Assembly: GCA_049644605.1 (NCBI GenBank)
Contig: JBARSF010000007.1
Span: 5,164-69,163 of the forward strand
DNA: 64,000 nucleotides
Direction: 5' to 3'
DNA from: Anaerolineales bacterium
GTDB taxonomy: Bacteria; Chloroflexota; Anaerolineae; Anaerolineales; UBA11858
Shown: one piece after another, positions 57,595-64,000 of the stretch
How the letters are laid out: every line of letters begins with the position of its first letter
Position numbering within the stretch: the stretch's first letter is position 1
Notes under the pieces: generated by a model
Database searches by the model: none
What the model saw: the letters and a program-made list of their open reading frames with translations, nothing else
What the model was told of the DNA's origin: nothing
Program-made: the position numbers and the translations under genes

Positions 57595-59904
57595 ATGAAA
57601 AAAATATTTCAAAATCCATTTTTTCCGATTTTTCTGGCACCAATAATTTTGTTTTCCCCAGTTTTGTTTACTGGAAAGGCTTTGTTTTGGGGGACGTCTT
57701 CAACTCAATTTGTCCCCTGGTGGGAATTTGCCTGGTCAACTATTCTAGACGGCAATCTCCCGCTCTGGAATCCCTGGGTAGGTATGGGTGCGCCTCTGGC
57801 AGCCAATTATCAATCCGCTTTGTTTTATCCTCCTTATTGGATCCATTTTATTTTATTTGCTCTGGGCGGCATAAAACTTATCGCTTGGGGAATAGCTGTA
57901 ATTGTTGTCTGCCACATCATTTGGGCTGGAATCGGAACCGCTAAATTACTCGGAGAACTGAATGTAGGAAAACTCGGGCAATCGATTGGAGGATTGGCAT
58001 TTTCTTTGTCAGGGTATTTGATTTCAAGAGCAGGATTTTTAAGCATTAATGCTGTCGCAGCCTGGATTCCCTGGATCTTGTTATTAACAAAAAAACTGCC
58101 TTCAGGGAAGAAAAAATTCTTTTGGGTATCAGGACTTGTATTTGGATTTCAATTTTTAGCAGGTCATGCCCAAACAGCATGGTATTCTGTTCTGCTGGGG
58201 GGAGTTTGGATAACTTTCTGGGCTTTTAAGGAAATTAATGGCCAATCAAGGGCCAAGAATTTGTTTAGATCCTGGGTGAGATACATTGGGGCAGGAATCG
58301 TGGGATTGGCTATCAGCGCCATACAGATCATTCCCACGCTGGAATACTTACTTCAATCACAGAGGTCCGTTGAATTTGGATATTCCGAAGCAATGACCTA
58401 CTCATTTTGGCCCTGGAGATTTCTGACATTAATTGTCCCGGATTTATTTGGGAGCCCTGCTTCTGGAAATTATTGGGGTTATGGAAATTTCTGGGAAGAC
58501 GCTTTATATATTGGACTTTTTCCAATAGTTATCGCCGCCGGACTGATTATTCGGTCAGTTGGCAAATCAACAGGCCAGGTTGATCGCAAAATACACACCC
58601 CTGGTAAAGGGCTGGTTTATTTTTTGGTTGGGATAATTGGGACTAGTTTTGTGCTTGCGCTTGGGAAAAACACTTTCATTTTTCCATTTCTTTACCGGAA
58701 TGTACCCAGTTTTGATCTTTTCCAGGCACCAACAAGATTTTCTATCTGGGCAGAAATATCTTTAGCAATTCTCGCCGGTATGGGAGTCGACCAATTAACA
58801 AAACCAAAGGGAAAAAGATTGTACTGGGCACGATTGGCTGTGGCTGGTTGTTTTGCCATCTCTGCCGGAGCTGGCCTGGCGTGGTTTTTCTTGGATGATA
58901 TTAAATCAACCTTTATTCAAGGGGTAGGGAAAACAGGGTTGTGGGCACTGGTTTTTGCCCTTGTAATTCTTTTTCTGCCGGAAGATGGAGAATCCAGAAA
59001 GCGGAAAATTTGGAATGGATTGGTAATTGGCCTTGTTGGCTTAGATTTGATCGTCGCTGGTTGGGGATTAAATCCTGGGATTGATCTTAAATTTTATGAA
59101 AAACAAGAGCGAAAAACCTACGACGCCAGAATATTGATGCCTGAGAGCATAGAATATGATCTGAAATATGATCATTTTTTCACTTTTGATTCTTTCTTCC
59201 CTGAGGATAATTGGATGGAGATGCACGATTATTTAATTCCCAATTTAAATATGCTTCAGCGTGTTGAAATGGTAAATAATTTTGATCCAATGGTTCCGGG
59301 AAGGTATCAGAATTGGATGGATGAATTAAATCATCTTGATTTGCATCATAATCCACATGTTCTGGACTTGATGGGCGTTGGGTCAATATTTATCAAAGAT
59401 AATCAGGGGCAGATCTCGCTGAAATCGATTGATAGACTTGAAATAGATAAAATTCATGTAATCCCTTGTGCAGTTTCAATTGAAGATGAAACAGAGATAT
59501 TAGATATACTGATTAACAATAAAATAAATAGTGAAGAGAAAATAATCCTTCAAGAGCTTTATAGAGAGGAGAATAATCAGTGCAAACAGCTGCCCAGCGC
59601 CATAAGTGTCTTGGATGAAAACCCTGGTTATCTAAGACTTGAAGTGGAACTAGACCAGGATAGTTGGGTTCTCTGGTCTCAGACATGGTACCCGGGATGG
59701 AAAGGACGGTTTGATGGAGAGGTTGTTCCGGTGTACCGGGCAAATTACCTGTTCCAGGCCATCCGATCATCAGAAGGAAAACACGAGCTGGAATTTATTT
59801 ATCAACCAGCATCAATTATCTGGGGAGCAGGTTTGACTGCTGCCGGAATTGGCGTTTTTATTATTGGTTGGAAGTCGTCCAGGAAAAAGGAGAATCAGGA
59901 ATAG
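57595..59904 (+). CDS. YfhO-family membrane glycosyltransferase-like protein
   Basis: About 770 aa. N-terminus MKKIFQNPFFPIFLAPIILFSPVLFTGKALFWG. C-terminal hallmark TWYPGWKGRFDGEVVPVYRANYLFQAIRSSEGKHELEFIYQP. ATG 57595 is preferred over the TTG at 57568. Confidence 0.75.
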   Translation: MKKIFQNPFFPIFLAPIILFSPVLFTGKALFWGTSSTQFVPWWEFAWSTILDGNLPLWNPWVGMGAPLAANYQSALFYPPYWIHFILFALGGIKLIAWGIAVIVVCHIIWAGIGTAKLLGELNVGKLGQSIGGLAFSLSGYLISRAGFLSINAVAAWIPWILLLTKKLPSGKKKFFWVSGLVFGFQFLAGHAQTAWYSVLLGGVWITFWAFKEINGQSRAKNLFRSWVRYIGAGIVGLAISAIQIIPTLEYLLQSQRSVEFGYSEAMTYSFWPWRFLTLIVPDLFGSPASGNYWGYGNFWEDALYIGLFPIVIAAGLIIRSVGKSTGQVDRKIHTPGKGLVYFLVGIIGTSFVLALGKNTFIFPFLYRNVPSFDLFQAPTRFSIWAEISLAILAGMGVDQLTKPKGKRLYWARLAVAGCFAISAGAGLAWFFLDDIKSTFIQGVGKTGLWALVFALVILFLPEDGESRKRKIWNGLVIGLVGLDLIVAGWGLNPGIDLKFYEKQERKTYDARILMPESIEYDLKYDHFFTFDSFFPEDNWMEMHDYLIPNLNMLQRVEMVNNFDPMVPGRYQNWMDELNHLDLHHNPHVLDLMGVGSIFIKDNQGQISLKSIDRLEIDKIHVIPCAVSIEDETEILDILINNKINSEEKIILQELYREENNQCKQLPSAISVLDENPGYLRLEVELDQDSWVLWSQTWYPGWKGRFDGEVVPVYRANYLFQAIRSSEGKHELEFIYQPASIIWGAGLTAAGIGVFIIGWKSSRKKENQE

Positions 59905-59916
59905 AGCTATCTAGGA

Positions 59917-61188
59917 TTACTCAACTCTGCGGAGGAGGGATTGCTGCATAACTATCATGTCTGCCGGAAGATGGAAGGCGCTTAATCCAAGTATAAGTGA
60001 AGTTAAAAGCCAGGCAGAAAGGCTGATTGACAACAAGGCTGCTTCAAGTGAATAATGTTGGCCGATTGCACCAGCTAATAAGGGGGCAAATGCAGAACTC
60101 AGGTTGCCCAGAAAGTATTGAATTGAGGTCGCTGTACTCCTAACTTCTGGGAGTACGACGTCATACACAGTAGATGTAATATTTGGAGAAGCTAGAGGAA
60201 TAAAAAAACAAGTAATTGATAAAAAGATTCTGAATAGATTAACATTTACGGCGGGAATACTTAAGCTGAAAGTCAGAAATAGTGCCCCAAACAGAACACC
60301 AAGTATGGATACATATAACCTACCGCGGGGATTTCTGGCGTAGGCAGCATCACCAAGCAAACCACCAAAAAAATATCCTGCTCCGATAAGCAGCACGGCA
60401 GGGATCATAATCGACGATATAGTTTGAGCGGAGTATCCTCTCTCAGTTTCTAAATATCTGAAAGACCAGAAAGTAATTACTTGCCAGGGTAATACACCAA
60501 ATAAACCTTGGATAAAAATATATTTGAGCGTGGGGATTTGGATTAGATTTGTAAAAAGTGGAAGATCCAGGCGCGTGGCCTTGATTTCAGCCAGCGATGC
60601 TAATTCGGGTTCACTGGAACCACGTGGAATATCTTTAACGCCTAAGTAAATCAATCCAGACAAGATAAGTCCAAGCAAACCAGTGAAGATATATATTATT
60701 CTCCAGCCGTAAATTTGACCAAAATTAAGGGCCAGGATCAAACCAAATAAATATCCCAAAGGTATTGATACCTGCAAGAAACCAAAAATTCGCCCCCTTT
60801 GTTTAGGGGGAAAGTAATCCGAAATCAGGCTGCCAATACCGGGATAACTAGAATCATCTATTCCCGTTGACGCGCGAGAAATTAAAAAGAGCCGAGCTGT
60901 AGGGGCTAGAGCGCTTAACCAGGTTGTTATGCCCCAGATGAAAGAAGCCAGAGAGAGCAATTTAGGTCGTGCATACCGGTCATAAAGAAAACCCCAAATG
61001 GGATAAAAAACGCTACCCAGTATTAAGGAGCCTGTCATAATTCCACCCATCTGGACTTCAGATAAATTGAACGAGGACATAATGGATGACGTGAGAGGAC
61101 CAATTAATAAACGGTCTGTCTGATGCAGCAGCATGAATAGGAAAAAGATTATGACAGCTGTCCAGCGGTGCCTTTTATTTATGCTCAT
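59917..61188 (-). CDS. MFS transporter
   Basis: 423 aa with 12 TM-like segments. Loop motif DRYARPKLL between TM2 and TM3. Confidence 0.8.
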   Translation of the reverse strand: MSINKRHRWTAVIIFFLFMLLHQTDRLLIGPLTSSIMSSFNLSEVQMGGIMTGSLILGSVFYPIWGFLYDRYARPKLLSLASFIWGITTWLSALAPTARLFLISRASTGIDDSSYPGIGSLISDYFPPKQRGRIFGFLQVSIPLGYLFGLILALNFGQIYGWRIIYIFTGLLGLILSGLIYLGVKDIPRGSSEPELASLAEIKATRLDLPLFTNLIQIPTLKYIFIQGLFGVLPWQVITFWSFRYLETERGYSAQTISSIMIPAVLLIGAGYFFGGLLGDAAYARNPRGRLYVSILGVLFGALFLTFSLSIPAVNVNLFRIFLSITCFFIPLASPNITSTVYDVVLPEVRSTATSIQYFLGNLSSAFAPLLAGAIGQHYSLEAALLSISLSAWLLTSLILGLSAFHLPADMIVMQQSLLRRVE

Positions 61189-61220
61189 GGGGTATATTTG
61201 ATGGAATCAAATTTGAGCAC

Positions 61221-61946
61221 TTATTCCTCGATTAGTTCCAAATAAATGCGTTTGTTTTCCCGGCCTTTGCTTTTATAATCAGTGATTTGTACCTGGCCCA
61301 CTTCGGAAGTATTTTTAACATGTGTTCCACCGTCAGCCTGTAAGTCTAGCCCTTCAATTTCTACAACTCGGACCTCTTTAATATTGTCTGGAAGAAGATT
61401 AATTTTAGTGCGAATCAGATCAGGAATTTCAAATGCTTCCTGGCGGGGAATGCTTCTCCAAGAGACAGGGAGGGCATTAGTGATTTCCTGATTGACAGCA
61501 TCTTCAATAATACAAACAAGGTCTTTATGCAGTGAAGAGAACTCAAAATCCATTCTTCCCTGCAAGGGCTTCATATTACCGCCAGTAACTGATGCCCCGT
61601 AATCCCTAAAAATAACTCCGCAGAGGATATGCATGGCAGTATGAGTGCGCATTAGTTTGTAGCGATAATCCCAATCCAGTTCACCGGTAACCGAGGCGCC
61701 AATTTCCGGGAGTGGGAATGATTCGGGAAGGACATGGACACATTTGTGATCGATAGTCTTTACTTTGTCAAGCGGAGCTGTATGAGGAGGATACAAGATC
61801 GTCCCTTTGTCTGCAGGTTGACCGCCTCCGCCCGGGAAAAACGCAGTTTGACTCAGAACAACTCCGTGGTTTTCTTGGTCTTGGGCGGTTACTTCAGCAT
61901 TAAAAGTCTTTAGGTAGCTGGTTGTGTGATAAAGCCTAATTGTCAT
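61221..61946 (-). CDS. alanyl-tRNA editing protein (AlaX-type, Ala/Thr-tRNA synthetase second additional domain)
   Basis: Zinc/editing motifs RTHTAMHILCG and ADGGTHV. Start set at the internal ATG 61946 (MTIRLYHTTSYLKTF...); the ORF-track 5' extension looks non-coding. Confidence 0.75.
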   Translation of the reverse strand: MTIRLYHTTSYLKTFNAEVTAQDQENHGVVLSQTAFFPGGGGQPADKGTILYPPHTAPLDKVKTIDHKCVHVLPESFPLPEIGASVTGELDWDYRYKLMRTHTAMHILCGVIFRDYGASVTGGNMKPLQGRMDFEFSSLHKDLVCIIEDAVNQEITNALPVSWRSIPRQEAFEIPDLIRTKINLLPDNIKEVRVVEIEGLDLQADGGTHVKNTSEVGQVQITDYKSKGRENKRIYLELIEE

Positions 61947-62079
61947 GGGTAATACTCCAGTAAAACCAAACAAAAAAGGAACAAACTTAACAGCCTGTTG
62001 CCAACAATTCCAATACAACAGATACATAAAAGAATAAATCTGGTATTAGGAAAAGCAGAAACTATCCAGTTATGGTAGG

Positions 62080-63258
62080 TTAAATAATTTCAAGCTGTTT
62101 GCCGACTTTTTCAAATATAGAAAGAACTTGATCAAGCTGCTCGTCTGTGTGCGTTGCCATGTAACTTGTTCGCAGGAGTTGTCTTCCCGGAGGCGTTGCA
62201 GGACTAATAATTGGATTAACAAAAACACCATTATCAAACAAGAGTTTCCAGGTTTTGAATGTCAGCGTATCATCACCAATAATAATTGGAATTACAGGTG
62301 TTTCTGAATTACCGATATCAAATCCTAGCGCTTTATATTCTTTACGCATCATATCAGCGATTTGATTTACTCGTACGATGCGCTCCGGTTCTCTCTTCAT
62401 AATCTGTAGAGCAGCTAAAACTGCAGCTGCGTTTGGACCCGGTATGCTGGCGCTAAAGATTAGAGAACGCGCATGGTGTTTTATATAATGGATTACATTT
62501 TCAGTTCCAGCAAGATACCCGCCGATCGAGGCAAAAGACTTACTAAAGGTGCCCATGATTAGATCTACTTCAGCGGTTAAACCAAAATGGGCTGCGGTGC
62601 CTCTCCCGCCACCCAAAACACCGACTGCGTGGGCATCATCAACCATTAAACGGACACCGTACTCTTTACACAGTGGGACAATATCTGGCAAGGGGGCTAA
62701 ATCACCTTCCATGCTGTAAAGTCCATCTACCACCAATAATTTTCCTGCTTCAGTTGGCAGCCTTGATAATTTGCCCTTTAGATCGTCCATATCATTGTGG
62801 CGATATCGAATCCGCTCTCCATAGCTTAAGCGTGCTCCATCTACAATACTTGCATGGTCATCTTTATCGAGAATGATATATTCTTTACGGCCTACCAAGG
62901 AACTGATAGTGCCTAGATTTACCTGCATCCCGGTTGAAAAAACCAGAGCGCTTTCTTTTTGAACCCAAGCGGCAATTTCCGTTTCTAATTGTTCGTGAAG
63001 GGCTAGGGTTCCATTAAGAAACCTGGATCCAGTGCAACTGGTGCCAAAACGGGAGATCGCTGATCTGGCGGCTTCTTGAACCTCCGGGTGAGTGGTCAAC
63101 CCCAGATAATTATTTGAGCCGCACATAATGAGTTGTTTACCGTTATACTCGGCAAGTGGTCCCTCACTTTCTGAAAGGGCAATAAAATACGGATAAAGAC
63201 CAGTTTTTTGTGTATCACGAGCATAAGAAAAATTTGTACATTTATCGAAGACATCCAT
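62080..63258 (-). CDS. alpha-oxoamine synthase family PLP enzyme (Kbl/BioF/serine-palmitoyltransferase-like)
   Basis: CGSNNYLGL, TGSRFLNGT, DDHASIVDG, and the PLP-lysine motif GTFSKSFASIGGY. Confidence 0.8.
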   Translation of the reverse strand: MDVFDKCTNFSYARDTQKTGLYPYFIALSESEGPLAEYNGKQLIMCGSNNYLGLTTHPEVQEAARSAISRFGTSCTGSRFLNGTLALHEQLETEIAAWVQKESALVFSTGMQVNLGTISSLVGRKEYIILDKDDHASIVDGARLSYGERIRYRHNDMDDLKGKLSRLPTEAGKLLVVDGLYSMEGDLAPLPDIVPLCKEYGVRLMVDDAHAVGVLGGGRGTAAHFGLTAEVDLIMGTFSKSFASIGGYLAGTENVIHYIKHHARSLIFSASIPGPNAAAVLAALQIMKREPERIVRVNQIADMMRKEYKALGFDIGNSETPVIPIIIGDDTLTFKTWKLLFDNGVFVNPIISPATPPGRQLLRTSYMATHTDEQLDQVLSIFEKVGKQLEII

Positions 63259-63481
63259 ATGATTTTCCTTGTGTATGTGTTATAAAGATCAATTGCATTT
63301 TATTCAAAAAGGTGTGCTTTTAATTTCAACATAATATTTGAGTATTTCAGGATTTTGGTCCATGTAAATAGCACAGAAACACTCCTGTGAAATTTGCTTG
63401 ACACAGTTATACCATTATGTTAGGCTTTTTTAGAAAATTCCAAATCGAAAAGCAGCCTCCAGCCGCAAGGGAGTGTGACAG

Positions 63482-63853
63482 TTGACTTCATCCAGATCAA
63501 AAAAAATGGTTGAGGAATTAAAGTCATTACAAGTTTCATCACCGGATATTCAAGCATCCGCCGTAGTTAGCGCGGATGGTTTAATTATTGCTTCTGCACT
63601 TCCTCATAATGTAGAAGAAGATAGGGTTTCTGCCATGTCGGCAGCTATGTTATCCCTGGGAGAGAGAATATCACTTGAATTGAAAAGGGGAGAATTGGAT
63701 CAAGTCTATATTCGAGGTGATAATGGCTATGTGATGTTAATGGCAGTTGGTGAAGAAGCGGTTTTGACCATTATGGCCGGTATGAATGCAAAATTGGGTT
63801 TGATATTTTTAGATATCAAGAGAACCGCTGTAGCTCTCTCAAAATTAATTTAA
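63482..63853 (+). CDS. Roadblock/LC7 (MglB-like) domain protein
   Basis: SSPDIQASAVVSADGLIIASALP...VSAMSAAMLSLGERI is typical of the Roadblock/LC7 fold. TTG start with a GGGAG RBS 8 nt upstream. Confidence 0.75.
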   Translation: MTSSRSKKMVEELKSLQVSSPDIQASAVVSADGLIIASALPHNVEEDRVSAMSAAMLSLGERISLELKRGELDQVYIRGDNGYVMLMAVGEEAVLTIMAGMNAKLGLIFLDIKRTAVALSKLI

Positions 63854-63870
63854 TCGGTTGAAAACACTTA

Positions 63871-64000
63871 TGAAAATCATAACTGAAAGTGGGTATTACA
63901 ATTCCAATAAATTTGCCAGAATCCTTATTGAATCCATTATGGAGATTACCGGTAAAAACGGGGTTAACACGGTGTTGAATTATGCAAATTTGTCATCACT
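63871..64000 (+). CDS. hypothetical protein, N-terminal fragment running off the window
   Basis: ATG at 63871, open to the window end (MKIITESGYYNSNKFARILIESIMEITGKNGVNTVLNYANLSS). No family recognised. Confidence 0.4.

Noticed and set aside
1-64000. CRISPR arrays, IS elements/transposases, prophage genes, rRNA
   Set aside because: Scanning both strands by eye, I saw no regularly spaced direct repeats, no terminal inverted repeats flanking an ORF, and no DDE/serine/tyrosine recombinase-like translations in the ORF track.

Overview
All calls come from reading the sequence and the supplied translations, and family assignments are motif recognition from memory. No searches or folding programs were run. 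The window looks like a chromosomal segment with about 60 protein genes and one tRNA. I saw no transposase, integrase, CRISPR array or rRNA. Gene content suggests a Chloroflexota/Anaerolineae-like genome: a secretin-less Tad/Flp pilus locus, many polytopic GT-C-type membrane proteins and acidic Trp-motif/TPR proteins. That taxonomic guess is inference only.

Layout:
- 1-8.3 kb: housekeeping genes (FAD-dehydrogenase tail, lipoprotein, alpha/beta hydrolase, tRNA-Arg(CCG), nadE, PrsW protease, a radical-SAM pair, ndk).
- 8.5-12.5 kb: a TPR protein followed by a 1036-aa hyper-acidic protein with about two dozen W[LMI] motifs and a ComEA-type HhH domain.
- 12.8-14.8 kb: a disrupted H+-pyrophosphatase gene.
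- 14.9-27.6 kb: eight consecutive polytopic glycosyltransferase-like membrane proteins.
- 27.7-35.0 kb: a DegS-like kinase, then a Tad locus (an Flp pilin absent from the ORF track, cpaB, REC-cpaE, cpaF, tadB, tadC).
- 35.1-36.4 kb: comF and hpf.
- 36.6-40.2 kb: folate genes plus an SDR, an Lgt-like protein and a TlpA-like protein.
- 40.3-44.0 kb: a thioredoxin-like gene with an in-frame TGA, then csoR-copZ-copA.
- 44.1-50.2 kb: inositol-phosphate synthase, L,D-transpeptidase, ccdA, Grx-DUF2085, pgeF-yggS-yggT-DUF167.
- 50.3-53.5 kb: DUF164 plus a membrane-anchored NACHT-like/HEAT NTPase.
- 53.6-59.9 kb: three more GT-C/YfhO proteins.
- 59.9-64.0 kb: MFS transporter, AlaX, alpha-oxoamine synthase, Roadblock/LC7.

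Most noteworthy:
1. A candidate selenoprotein with W-U-P-T-C in a thioredoxin fold and a downstream hairpin.
2. The acidic Trp-motif protein. Its motif continues upstream of the ATG, and it sits in the same frame as the preceding TPR gene, separated only by TGA-AGA-ATG-TAA.
3. Eleven GT-C-like membrane enzymes in two clusters with no donor-synthesis genes nearby.
4. A Tad locus with a REC-CpaE fusion that looks phosphorylatable, an adjacent orphan kinase, and comF directly downstream.
5. An hppA gene carrying both an in-frame TAG and a frameshifting deletion.

Three separate loci carry in-frame stops, so sequence or assembly quality should be checked before any of them is interpreted biologically.
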